This document shows, piece after piece, positions 13,285 to 30,050 of a stretch of DNA of 64,000 nucleotides. How positions within the stretch are numbered: the first letter of the stretch is position 1; each line of letters starts with the position of its first letter. Under the pieces are notes generated by a model. That model had not been told where the DNA came from and did no database searches. It saw only the letters and a program-made list of their open reading frames with translations. Source of the DNA: the human T2T-CHM13v2.0 reference genome, Homo sapiens. Position numbers and translations under genes: made by a program. The stretch lies in NCBI RefSeq assembly GCF_009914755.1, contig NC_060940.1; one strand, written 5' to 3'.

Positions 13285-16200
13285 CTCTCCTGCTCTGCCC
13301 CGGCTCAGCCCTAGTGCCGGCTCTGCCCCTAGTCCTACCACATCACTGGCCCTGACCCTTCCCTGGTCCTGCCGCTGCCCCGGCCCTTCCCATCTTCAGG
13401 CCTTACCATGGCCCTACCCTGGTCCTGACCCTGGCCCTACCCCAGAGAAGGGGTATGGCAGAGCCAGGGAAGGGCCGGGGCAAATAAGGGACAGGACACA
13501 TCCAAATCCAGGAAAGGGCCAGGGCCATGACAGAGCCAGGGCGAGTCCTTGGCAGGGCCAAGTTCCAGGCCAGGGCCAGGAAAGGGTCATGGCAGGGTCA
13601 CTGTACGGCCAAGGTCCAGGCCAAAGCCAAGGCAGGGGCAGGGGCAGGCCTGCATAAGGGCAGGACCAGAGCCAGTGATACGGCAGGGCCAGGGCTGTGC
13701 CAGGACAGAACAAGAGCAGAGCAGGGCAGGACCAGAGCCAGGCCATAGAGAGAGTAGGGCAAATGCCAAGCCAAGGCCAGGGTAGTGCCAGGGCTGAGGC
13801 AAGGTCAGGGAAGGTCCAGGGCTGAGTCAAGGCTGGAACCAAGACAGGGGCAAAGGCCGGGGCAGATCTAGGGCACAAGCAGGGCAGGCTAGGGCAGGCC
13901 AATGGCAAGACCAGGCCATGGCAGGGCCAGCCCAGGATAGAACAGGGCACAGGCAGGGCGGGGCCGGGGCCACGGCTGGGGCAGGACAAGGACCAGTACT
14001 GGGGTCCAGGCCAGGGCAAAGGTATAGCCAGGGCAGAGGTAGGGCCAGAACCAGGGTCTGGGTAGGACCAAGGAGGGTCCATTGCAGGGCCAGGGTTCAG
14101 ACCAGGGCCAGAACAGGGCTGGGACAGGGCCAGGGCCAGGACCAGGAAAGGGCAATGTCAGGATAAGAGCCATGGCAGGACCAGCAATGGGGCTAGGGCC
14201 AGGACAGGGACAGGGTCAGGGCTAGGGCCAGAATAGCATGCCAGGGTAGAGCCAGGCCAAATTAGGGCCAGGACAGGGTCAGGACCAGGGCTGGGACAGG
14301 GTATGGCCTTAAGTAGCAAAGGGCCAGGGCCAGGGTCCATGCCAGTGACAGCGCTGGTCCAGGGCAGAGGCAGGGCCATGGCCAGGTCAAGGACAAGGCT
14401 GGGGCAGGGCCAAGGTCTGGGTCAGGGTCAGCACGAGACCAGGACAGAGCCAGGAGAGGGACAGGGCCATGGTAGGGCCAGGTTAAATCAGGGACAAGAC
14501 ACCTGCAAATCCAATTCAGGGCCGGGGTCAGGGCAGGGCCAGTTCAGGGCCAGGGCCAAGACAGGGCCAGGGCCGGGGCTGTCAGGGTCATTGGCAGGGC
14601 AAGGGCCATGGCAGGAGTAGGGTCAGGAGCAGGGGTCAATGCCAGGCCAACGCCACAGATAGGACCAGGTATGTGCTAGGGCCAAGGCGGGGTCAGGGCA
14701 GGGCCAAAGGGAGGGCAGGGCCAGGGCAGGTCTATGGCTGGGGCCGGGGCAGGGCCAGGGCCGGGGCAGGGCCACGACAGTGGCAGCTCCAGGGCAGGGC
14801 CAGGGTTAGGACCACGGACATGTCCAAGGCCAGTGCCAGGGCAAGGACAAGGGCAGGGGCAGGGCCAGGGTCATCTAAGAACCAGGGACAAAGCCAGGCC
14901 CAGAGCAGGGCCAGGACAGGTACCTGGCAGGGCTAGGGTCTGGGGCAGGGCCATGGCAGGGCCAGGGCCACAACCAGGTCTGCGCTATGGCCAGGTACAA
15001 CACAGTGCCCAGGTAAGGCTAGGATGAAGGCCAAGGTAGGGCCAGGGCAGGGTCAAAGCCAGGCTAGGGCCAAGGCAGGACCAGGGCCGTCAAGGAAGGG
15101 CCAGGAAAGCATAGGGCCAAGGCAGGGCAGGGCCAGGCCAGTGCCAAGACCTGGGCAGGGCCAGGGAACAGCCAGGGGAGGGCCAGGGCCAGGGCCTGGG
15201 CAGGACCAGGTTTGGGGCAGGAGCAAAACAAGGGCAAGGACAGTGCAGGATCTTGGCACAGCCAGGGTCCAGGACAGTGTCAGGGCAGGGCCAAGGCAGG
15301 GTCTGGGCCATGATAAGACCAGCAACAGGGCTGGGGCTAGGCCAGTGACAGGACCAGAGTCAGGGCAAGGGCCAGAGCAGTGCAAGGCCAGGGTAGGGCC
15401 AGGCATTTCAGGGTCAGGGCCAGAGGAGAACCAGGGCAAGGTCTCAAGCAGGGAAGGGCCAGGGCCAGGCCAGGGCCAGGACAGGGCCAGGACAGGTCCA
15501 GGGCAGGGCCATGACAGGGCCAGGGGCTGTGTTAGGGCAAGGGCAGGGCCAGAGCAAGGTAAGGGTCAGGGCCAAGGCCAGGGTAGGGACAGGGCAAGAA
15601 ATATGGCAGGACCAGGGGCAATGCCAAGGCCAAGGCTGGGCCAGGGCTGAGCCAGGGCTGAGTCAGGGCAGGGCAGGGCAGGGCATGGTATGGCCAGTGC
15701 AGGACAGGACAAGAGCCGGTCCACAGAGAGAGCAGGACTGATGCCAAGAAAGAGCCAGGCTAGTGCCAAGGCTGAGGCAGTGTCAGAACATGTCCAGGGC
15801 AGGGCCGGGCCCAGGGCCAGAACTGAGCCAGGGCACAGCCAAGGCAGGGTAGGGCAGGGAAATAGCATGGCCGGGTCAGTACTGGGACAGGGCAGAGCAG
15901 GGCAAGGCAATGGTAGGGGCAGGGCAGGGACAGGCCAATGCAGAGCCATGTTACGCCGGGGCCAGGACACCTCCAAGTCCACTTCAGGGCCAGGGCTATG
16001 GCAGGACAAAGACCAGGGCCAGGGTCAGGGCCAGGTCTGTGCTAGGGCCAGCTCCAGAGCAGGGCCTAGCGAAGACTAGGGTGAGGGCCAAGGTAAGGCC
16101 AGGGCAGGGTCAAAGGCAGAGTAGGGCCAGGGCAGGGTGATGACACATCCAGAGCACAGCAGGGCAGGGTGATGGCCAGACCAGGGGCAGACCACTGCCA

Positions 16201-16930
16201 GCTCAGGGCCAGGGAAAGGCCAGTGCAGAGCCAGGAGAGGGTCAGGGCCAGGAACAAGGCAGAGCAGGGCCAGGGCCATGGCAGAGTCAGGGCAGGTCCT
16301 TGACAGGACCAGGTTCCAGGCCAGGGCCAGGGCAGCAGCAGGGGCAGGGCCTGGATAAGGGCAGGGCCAGGGGTATGGCAGGACCAGGGCTAGGGCCAGG
16401 GCCAGGCCGTAGTGAGGGCAGGGCAAAAGTCGAGGCAGGGTCTGGGCAGGTCCAGGGAGTGGCCAGCACCAAGCGGGGCCGAGGTACAACCAGTGCAGGG
16501 TAAAGCAGGGCAATGGCACCACTGGGCCATGACAGGGCAAGGTCAGTGCCAGGAGAAGGCAGAAAAGGCAGGCCCATGGTAGGGCCAGGGCAGGGATGGG
16601 CCAAAGCAAGACGAGGACATGTCCAAGGCCAGGTCAGGGCCAGAACAGGAGTAGGACCATGACCACTGGCAGGGCCAGTGCCATGACATGACCAGGGTCA
16701 GGACAAGGGGTAGGGCCAGAGCCAGGGCCAGAGCCAAGGTCAGGCCAGTGCAGGTTCAGGGCAGGGCCAGTGCCGGTTCAGGGCAGGGCCAGTGCCAGGG
16801 CAAGACCAGGGCAGGGACAGGGTAGCACAGGGCCAAGACAGGGTCAGGATGGGACCAGAGCAGGACAGGGCCGAGACAGTCCATGTAACAGTAGGGCAGG
16901 TACAGGGCAATGCAGGGCAAAGCCAGGCCC
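13285..16930 (+). repeat. CAGGG repeat array, block 2 (inverted C-rich start at ~13285-13445, then G-rich)
   Basis: Continuous degenerate cagggc/agggcc units. Source of the Gly/Gln/Arg/Ala and Pro/Leu/Trp pseudo-ORFs. Confidence 0.9.
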
Positions 16931-18205
16931 ATTGCCAATGCACCAGCCTTCCCTACAAGGCTCCTACCACCTGGCCACTGCTGCAGCCCGTCCATCGCTG
17001 TAAGCCTGACCCCCAACCCTGGCTGCAGCCGCCTGCCCTCCTAGCGCGGCCGCTCTCCTACCGCTCTGGCGCACTGCAGTCTCTGTCGCTGCCACCCACC
17101 CGCAGTGAGGCAAGTCGTGGTGTCGCAGGCTCTAGGTGTCTCCTCCTCCTCCTGGCATGGAGCAGCTGGGTGGGCAAAGCCAGAAAAGCCTAGAGGAAGA
17201 TGTGAGGGGTGGAAGGGTTAGAGCCTCAACTTGTCATGCTGGCCACTGGGTGGCAGGGGCCAGTTTCAGCAAAGGCACTCACACCCACCCTCCAAAGTCC
17301 AGCCTCTCCTTTTGGCCCAAGCTGGCCAGGAACTGGGGTCTGGGGAGGGTGCTGGAGACACCACAGCACCCAGCTCCCCACTCCACAGGAACCATTGGGC
17401 CCACCGGGGCTGCACTCCTCGGGGAGCAGGAGAAGCAGAAAAATTCAGACCCAGCCAGCCCTCTGCACCCAGGTGCCAATTCCTGTTCCAGACGCCTCCA
17501 CACACAGGGCCCTGTCCCCCGTGGTGTCCCCAGGGGTGCCTGGCAGCCTCTGAGGCACAGACCCAGAGTGCACAGGCCCAGGAACCATGGTGGGTGTGGG
17601 GGCTCTGCCGTGCTCAGGATTCCCACGCAAATGCTGCGTGCCTGCCGCATTCCAGTATGACCAAGAGTGGGTCGCCCTCTGGAGTGTGGAGTCAGGGAGA
17701 GGAGAACCACTCCTTCCTTGGATGCCAACTCTGCTGACCACTGCCAGCAGTGCAGCCCCTGATAGCACTGAACTCGCCCCCACTCCACGGCTAGTCCTGC
17801 CCTCAATAGCGCCCCCCACCTCCATCCCCCAATGCCGCCAGTAGCGTATACCTGATAGTGCCCTAACCTGTCCTCCTCCATGGGCATTGCAGCCCCAGAA
17901 AGTGCCCATAACCCACCCTCCCTGCCATGGGAAGTGCAGCCCTGTACAGTGCTACCAACCAGTACCCCTAATGCAGGCAATGACACCCTGGATAGCACCC
18001 CCAACCCACCCCACACTGTGAAAGGTGCAGCCCTGGATAGCCCCTGTCCTACCACTCTGGTCGTGCTGCAGTCTCTGTCACCGCCACCACCAACCATAGT
18101 GAGGCAAGCCAGTGGGCCACAGGCTCTAGCACTCAGCAGCCAGACATGGAGCAGCTCTCGCCGATGACCAGCTCCTACCACTCTGACCACGCTGCTATCT
18201 CCGTG
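16931..18205. repeat. GC-rich pericentromeric/subtelomeric repeat, REP522-like
   Basis: Internal direct repeat cctacc(g/a)ctctgg...ctgcagtctctgtc...agtgaggcaag...caggctctag at ~17057 and ~18048, plus recurring gatagc(a/g)ccc units. Family name is from recall. Confidence 0.5.
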
Positions 18206-18209
18206 GCCA

Positions 18210-19400
18210 TCTTCTTTGACTACAAAGGAATAAAACTAGATATCAATAAGAAGAGTAATTTTGGAAACAATACAATCACATGGAAGTTAAACACTACCCA
18301 CCTGAATAAATGACTAGCGGGTCAATGAAGATACTAAGACAGAAATTCAAAAATTTCATGAAACAAAGGGTAACGAAAACACAGTATACCAAAACTTGTT
18401 ATGCAGAAAGCAGTACAAAGGCAGAGATTTACAGCTATAAGTGCCTACCATCCAAACAAAAGAAAAACTTCAAATAAACAATACATCTTAAATAACTAGT
18501 AAAGTAAGAACAAACTAAACCAAAAATAAGAAAAATAAATAAGATCATAGCAGAAATAAAATTGAAAGAAAAAACACACAAGATGAAATGAAAAGTTGGT
18601 TTTCTGGAAAGCAAAACAAAATTGACAAACTTTTAACCAGGCTAACTAAGAAAAAAGAGACAAGATTCAAATAAATAAAATCAACAGATTAAAAAAGGCA
18701 GACATTACAACTAATACTTCAGAAATTCAAAGGATCATAACTGGCTATTATATGCCAATAAATTGGAAAGCCTAGTAGAAATTGGCAAATTCCTAGATGC
18801 ATACAACCTACTTAGGTTGAACAATGAAAACATCCAAGACCAGAACAGATTGGTAACAAGTAATGAGATTGAAGCCATCAGAAAAAGTCTCCCAGTAAAG
18901 AAAAGCCCAGGAACTGATGTCTTCACTGCTGATGGCTTCACACCAAACAATTTAATGACCTAGTACAAATCCTACTCAAACTATTTTGAAAAACAGGAGG
19001 GAATACTTCCAAACTTGTTCTATGAGACCATTATTACTGTGATACCAAAATCAGACAAAGGCATCAAAGAAGGAAACTACAGGCCAGTATCTCGAATATT
19101 GATGCAAAAATCCTCAACGAAATACCAGTGAATCAAATTCAGTAAAACATTAAAAAGATAATTCATCATGATCAAGTGGGATGTATCCCTGGGATGCAAG
19201 GGTCACTCAACATACAATGTGATACATCATATCAACCAAATAAACGACAAAAACAGTATGATCATGTCAACTGAAACTGAAAAAGCATTTGATGAAATTC
19301 AATATCCCTTCATGCTATTAATCCTCAAATAAACGGGTACAGAAGAAACATACCACAACATAATAGAAACTACAGGAAAGACACCCAAAGCTAGAATCAT
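18210..19400 (+). mobile_element. Decayed L1 ORF2 fragment (end of endonuclease region to start of RT)
   Basis: L1 motifs: ggaataaaactagatatcaataagaag, KFLDAYNLLRLNNE and KSLPVKKSPGTD-like translation, aatattgatgcaaaaatcctcaac, catgatcaagtggg. Frameshifted. Confidence 0.85.
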
Positions 19401-19407
19401 ATGGAGA

Positions 19408-19690
19408 GAGGTCCAGGCTGCAGTGGGCTGTGATCCCACCACTGCACTCCAGCCTGGGCAACAGAGTGAAAGCCTGTCTCAAAAAAAAAAATACATAAAA
19501 AGAGGTATGAGCCCCTTTTATAGGTGCAGTGACTCACATCTGTAATGCTAACACTTTCTGGGAGGCTGAGGTGAGAGGATCTCTTGAGGCCAGGAGTTCA
19601 AGATCAGCCTGGGCAAAATAGCGAGACCCTTTATCTACAAAAAAATTTTAAATATTTGCCAGGTGTGGTGGCACGTGCCTGTAGTCTCAA
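19408..19690 (+). mobile_element. Truncated Alu right-arm end plus AluJ left arm
   Basis: gaggtccaggctgcagtg...cctgtctcaaaa abuts the L1 directly and is followed by a partial Alu. Confidence 0.7.
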
Positions 19691-20260
19691 ACAATTATCA
19701 CATGACCCGGATAGTGTATTCCTTAGGGATATACCCAAGGGAAATGAAAATATACATCCACACTAAAATTTGTACACAAATGTTCACAGCAGCATTGTGC
19801 ATAATAGCCAAAAATTGGAAAAAAAACTCAAGTGCCTATCAATAGAGGAACTGATAAAATATGGTATATCCATTCAAAAGATTACTCAGCATTAGAAAAG
19901 AGTGAAGTGCTGATATACGCTACAGCATGGATAAACCTTGAAAACACTGTGCCAAGTGAAATAAGTCAATCACAAAAGACCATATGTAGTAAGATTTCAT
20001 TCTGTGAAACCTCCAGAACAGCTAAACTCAGAGACAGAAAGTAAGCTAGTTATTGCCAGGGACTAGGGGAAAAGGGAATAAGGATGACTGCTAATGGGTA
20101 TGGGATTTCTTGTGGACTGATGAAAATGGTCTGAAAGTATCTAGATACCTGTCTTGTTTGTGCGATTCTGTGAACATATTATAAACCACAAAATTCTGCA
20201 CTCAAGGGGTTGATTTCATGGTAGGTGCATTTATCTCATTTATCTTTATCTCAATAAAGC
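19690..20260 (+). mobile_element. Old L1 (L1MB/ME-type) 3' end
   Basis: tgtacacaaatgttcacagcagcatt, gcatggataaaccttgaaaaca, ending tatctcaataaagct. Confidence 0.75.
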
Positions 20261-20454
20261 TTTTTAAAGACACTTTAAAAAGACATATCTGTATAAGCTA
20301 CAAAAATAACACACTGAGACTAAAATGCTTAATTTTTCCATTTTTCTTCTTCAGCACAATCTCAAGTCCAAAAGTCCTTCCTTCCTATATATGCATATTT
20401 TGTCCAGTGAAACAAGAAACTCTATTAACTTTTTTATTAGAAATAAAAAAAAGC

Positions 20455-22308
<1,854 letters not shown>

Positions 22309-22799
22309 TAGTCGATAGTGTATACTAAGCAACATATACCCTGCTTTTGCCTAGAACATACTGAAAACATGGCATTAAAAACAATCACAAAAGTTGGGAG
22401 CTGAGAAAAATATACTGTAAAACAAATCTGACAGATATTAATCTCAAGAAGCTCCTGAAAATGTCTCAAGAACTCCTATGCTGCACTCTCCCTAATAATT
22501 TAGACTTTCTACAGATATTTTCTGATCATCTACCATGTGCCAGGCACCATGCCAGGTACCAAGATGCCATGGTGAGGTATACACAAAACCGGCTCCTGCT
22601 TGCGGGAAGCCTACTCTCTCAAACAGTGCTTGCCAAGCTCGACTGATCACAACTTGGGAGCTTGTTTAAGTTCCAAATCGGCTTCCCTGCTTAGGTGAGC
22701 CACAATCCGTGGCATTTTTATCAGGTGCTCCCAATGATTCCTACGCTCTAACGGGTTTGGGAGGAAAGGGTGGGGGTAAGCTCGAGAGCCCAGACCCAT

Positions 22800-24010
22800 C
22801 CCGTCCAGCGGGGGCCCCACCTCTAAAGTCCATGTCGCTCAGCATCCTTCCCCCTGACTAGTGGCCCAAACACAGCACGAAGCTGAGGTGGGTGGAACGC
22901 TTTCCAAAACAGCGCTCTGTGATGAGCCACCGACAGACTTGCTCGCCTCCGGGAACGAAGAGCTCACTCCTCACAAACCCCACCAGGGAAAGGTAGCACC
23001 TGAGCCTCCCGGGCTGCGCGGACACCTGTCTCCCCGCGGGTGCCGCCTACTACTCCGGTGGACTCCAGTCCCCAGGTTCCGCCCCACGGGGACTGGGGGG
23101 AGGGGGGAGGCGCCGCGCGCATTAGGCGCTGACAGTATACCGACCCCCCCTCCGGTGTGCACAGGCCAACACCCATACACACCCTCACACACCCGCACAC
23201 ACTCCCGTGGAAACTGAGGCAGGCAGGCGGCGGACCAGGTCCCGCCGCCTGACGGCTAGCGGCTGGGATGGAACCCGGACTGCCAGACGCCTTCCGCCTC
23301 ACAGGCACTCCTCAGCCGCTGAGGCCCGGCCTGGCTCCCACCGCCGGAGTTTCACAAAGAAAGTCTCCCGGCCCGAGCCCCTCACGCACTCACCGGCGCC
23401 GACGCCCGCGGCGACTGGGGCTCCCACCTCCTTCAGCTCCTTGCGGGGGTCGGCCCTGGGGTCGGCTTGGGCGCCGGCAGCGGCGACTGCTCCACATCCA
23501 CCGGGTCCGGGCCGCGTCCGTCTCGAGCTAACGGTCCCGCCAGCTAGGCGCGCGCGCCAGTTCCGGGCGCCATGTTCCCGCCGTGCTGCTCGCCGCCGAG
23601 GCGACCCTCACTGCCCCCCAGCCGCGCGCGCCCCCGCGGGCCCACACACGAACCGCGCACGCGCGCGTTCGCCGCGCCCCCCTCCCTCCCCGCGCGCCCC
23701 GCCTCGCCCCTCTGGAGCTGGCCGCTGTTCCCAGTGTCTCGCCCACCCCCGCCGGGCCCGTCCGACTCCGCGGGTGAGCGCGTGGTTCCCGGCTGGGCAC
23801 CGCCGCCTGCCTCTCTGCAGACCACCCCGGACCCGACCCCTCGGCCACTTCCCCACACTGCCCCTTTCGCTTCCCCCACCACGCGGGGCCTAGGAAGAGG
23901 GTCTGGGCCAAGAGGAGCTTCCCTGCAAGAAGTGCCCAGCTAAGGACGCTACTAAGGGGGCGGGATCGCCACCGTGGAGGTGTGCAAGCAGGTGCCTGCG
24001 TCCCGGAGAC
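22800..24010. promoter_or_regulatory. CpG island, paralogous copy of the TTC28 promoter region
   Basis: Very GC- and CpG-rich (gcgcgcgc runs, GC boxes such as gggcggg at ~23958). Contains the TTC28 exon 1 paralog. Confidence 0.85.
23394..23495 (-). pseudogene. TTC28: TTC28 exon 1 coding part, disabled paralog
   Basis: Minus strand translates VEQSPLPAPKPTPGPTPARS*RRWEPQSPRASAP, versus the recalled TTC28 N-terminus MEQSPPPAPEPTQGPTPARSRRRREPESPPASAP. Followed by a GTGAGT donor (23393-23388). In-frame TGA at 23435-23433 and no in-frame ATG. Lies ~8 kb downstream of the CHEK2 last exon on the same strand, as at 22q12.1. Confidence 0.88.
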
Positions 24011-24103
24011 AGCCGACTCAACGGAGAAGCTGAGTTGAAGTCCCACATCTCCACTAACACTTGCGTGTTAGGGTCAGGGCTTCGGAACTTGTTTCTCCTA
24101 AAT

Positions 24104-24397
<294 letters not shown>

Positions 24398-24701
24398 TGT
24401 TTCTCCGAAATCTAAAGACTCAATATCATAATCAAGAGAACGCCTCAGCACCGCGCCTAGCACTTAGTAGGTAGTGATCAAGAGAGAAGATCTCTTAAGT
24501 GGTTTTAATGGTTAAGGACCACAGGTTCTCAAGAAAGGGAAATCTCAATTCAAGTCCCGCCTCCATCTCTTGGAAACTGAGAAACCTTGAACAAGTCACT
24601 CAGAGGAGCCAAAGATCCTTGATTTCTACATGTGCAAAAGGGGAGTGTGGCAGTAGCACTGCACAGGGTTGACTGAGCTTTCAGGGAGATGATGACTGTA
24701 C

Positions 24702-26154
<1,453 letters not shown>

Positions 26155-26477
26155 CATATCCCAGGGCCCAATGCCTGGCACACACAAAGCTGAGTTTCAC
26201 TGGTGTAATTCCCACCCTATCCATCCAAGAATCCTGAAAGTTTAATGAAAGGGGCTCTGCTCCCAAAACCCTGTGGTATAAGTAGCTGGGAGGAGTTCGC
26301 CCAACTTGGGGTTGCAAGGACTCTTTCTTCCCACCTCTTTGCTTTCCTTTCTCTCCCCCAAACTTCTCTGAAAACCCTAAAGTTGGCAGAAAAATGGAGA
26401 ATGTTTTCCCTACTAACAAAAAGAATCTTCAAGAGTCTCTTGGGATTTGTAAATGGTTGCATTTACTAGTCTGGTTT

Positions 26478-26779
<302 letters not shown>

Positions 26780-27880
26780 GTGAGCCACTGCACCCAGCCT
26801 TCTAGTTTCGTATTTTTCTTATTCAAGTAACAAGGAAAAAATAAATAACTCCACCAAGAGGAAAACAGAAAAAAGGAACAAAACTGATAGCATGACTGAA
26901 AAGGCCTGGGGTGGTACCTCACTTCAGGCATAGCTGGATACAGGCACTTATACAAGATAAGTCTCTCTAATCTCTCTGTGCTTGCTTCCCTTTGATTACT
27001 TCATTCTCATGCAATTCTTTCCACATAGTGGCCTGAGCAGCTCCTAACTCACATCTGCGCAAGAAAGCAGAGGCTGTTCCCCAATAGTCCCAGCCAAAGT
27101 CCCAGGACTGACTTTCACTGGACCCGTTTGGGCCACATGCCCTGCCTGAGCCAATCACCACATCCAGCCTGGCCAGACCTGGCTTTCATGAAGCCCCTTC
27201 AGGAAGCAGTTGGGGTCATCCCCTCCAGAAGGACATGGGGAAAACCAGAAAGTGGGAGGAGGGATGCTTCCTTCTGAAAAATAGGGATGCAATTACCACA
27301 AGAGGTATCAGACACAGGGCTGGCACAAACAAGAGCTATCCACGGCACCATCATGTAGGCATGCAGCTGGTCCACCATGAAGCAACCTGGCTGCTCCGCA
27401 AAATGGAATCACAGTTAATTCAGCCAATGAGAAATATCCCTCTACTTGGGTTCCCACCATTCACCCCAGGCCTGGCACGTCCCACATTTCCTTGGTCAAA
27501 GGCAAGCAAATTACCCGCCTTTTATGCTGCACAAAAAGCTGAAAAGATTATCTTACTTCTCTGGCTCAAGAACTTTCTATGACTCCCTCTGGCTACTTAT
27601 GTGGCTCCCCCACCCTTAATGATAGAAGCCAACATTCATGAATCCCCTACCACATGCCAGGTACCTTATGACCTGCCTCCTCCAAACAGCATAGAAGAGG
27701 TTGGTACTCTTACCGCACCCATTTTATTAATATGGAAACAAAGGCTCAGCAATTTGAGGTAATTTACCAAGAGCCAAAGTTAGGAAGTGCAGAGTTCAGA
27801 TTAGCACAATATTGTTCCCGCCATTGCCATCCCAGCTCCATTTGTTCATGTTTCAAAGTCCTACACCCACCTCTAGCTAG

Positions 27881-28306
<426 letters not shown>

Positions 28307-28414
28307 TAATGGGGTAGGGAAAAGAATTCCTCCAAGATAAAATTAAAGTGACGTTAGGAAAGGAAGTAGATGTTTGGTAACCTTCAATCAGCAGCTGATT
28401 TCTCCCATTGGTGA

Positions 28415-29585
28415 GTCAGTTAGTTTTCTATGGCTGCTGTAACAAATTACCACGAACTGATTGGCTTACAACAACACAGACTTAATATCTTATTGTTCTA
28501 TAGTTCAGAAGCCTCAAATCAGTTTCACTTGGCTAAAGTCAAGTTGTAAAGGACTGATTCCTTCAGGAGGTTCTGAAGGGAAAACCCGTTTTCTTGCCTT
28601 TTTCTGCTTTTAGTGGTTACCTATATTCCCTGGATTGTGGCCCTTTCCTCCATTTTTAAAGCGTATCACTCCAATCTCTGCACAGTGCTATGGTTTGAAT
28701 GTGTCCCCCAAAGTTCATGTGTTGGAAATTTAATCCCCAATGCAACACTGTTGAGAGGTGGGACCTTTAAGAGGAGATTAGGTCATGAAAGATCTTCCCT
28801 CATTAATAGAGTAATAATGTTATCTCAGCAGAGGGTTAATTATCATGGGGATGGGTTCCTAATAAAAGTATTGAGTTCAGCCCCCTTTCTCTCTTGATGT
28901 GATACCTTCCATCATGGGATGACACAGCAAGAAGACCCTCACCAGAAGCAGGCCCCTTGATCTTGACCTTCCCAGCCTCCAGAACTCTAAGAAATAAACC
29001 TGTTCTTTATAAATTACCCAGCCTCAGATATTGCATAGCAATACAAAAAAGACTAAGACACTCAGTCACCATCGCATTGCCATCTCCCCTGACTGCTGAG
29101 TCCCTCTTAAAAGAGCACTGTAGGCTGGATGTGGTGGCTCACGCCTATAATCCCAGCACTTTGGGATGCCAAGGTGGGCAGATCACGAGGTCAGGAGTTC
29201 GAGACTAGCCTGGCCAACATGGTGAAACCCCATCTCTACTGGAAAAACAAAAATTAGCTGGACATGTTGGCGAGCACCTGTAATCCAGCTGCTCGGAAGG
29301 CTGAGGCAAGAGAATCGCTTGAACCTTGGGAGGTGGAGTTGCAGTGATCCGAGATTGCATCATTGCACTCCAGCCTGGGCACCAAGAGCAAAAAACTCCA
29401 TCTCAAAAAAAAAAAAAAAAGCACTGTGATGGGACACTGGGCCCACAGGCAACATAGGATAAGTTCCCATCTCAAGATGCTTAATCACATCTGCAAAGTC
29501 ACTTTTGTCATGGAAAGGAACATAGTCACAGATTCCGGGGATTAAGTTGAGGACACTTTGGAGGGGCCATTATTCAGCCTGCCAT
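28415..29585. mobile_element. MLT1-type MaLR LTR with a nested MST-type LTR (~28686-29059) and an Alu (~29123-29420)
   Basis: MLT1 start ggctgctgtaacaaattaccac and end ggaggggccattattcagcctgcca. MST start tgctatggtttgaatgtgtcccc and end agactaagaca. Confidence 0.75.
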
Positions 29586-29813
29586 GGAAGATATCATGAG
29601 AGGGAGTTAATACAAAATGCTCTGGAAACAGAGAAGGGCGGCCGGGCATGGTAGCTCATGCCTCTAATCCCAGTACTTTGGGAGGGAGGTGGGTGGATTG
29701 CCTGAGGTCAGGGGTTCAAGACCAGTCTGACCAACATGGTGAAAACCCATCTCTACTAAAAATACAAAAATTAGCTGGGCATGGTGGCAGGTGGCTGTAA
29801 TCCCAGCTACTCA

Positions 29814-30050
<237 letters not shown>

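Noticed and set aside
11317-18190. Many overlapping Gly/Gln/Arg- or Pro/Leu/Trp-rich ORFs, including one of 303 aa
   Set aside because: They arise from CAGGG and REP522-like GC-rich repeats that are open in several frames on both strands.
18210-19400. Possible copy of the active L1HS source element known in TTC28 intron 1
   Set aside because: This L1 is a short, heavily diverged, frameshifted old fragment and probably lies outside the chr22-derived block.
22861-24046. ORFs of 100-228 aa across the CpG island
   Set aside because: They are a by-product of high GC content. The only recognisable coding homology is the disabled TTC28 exon 1.
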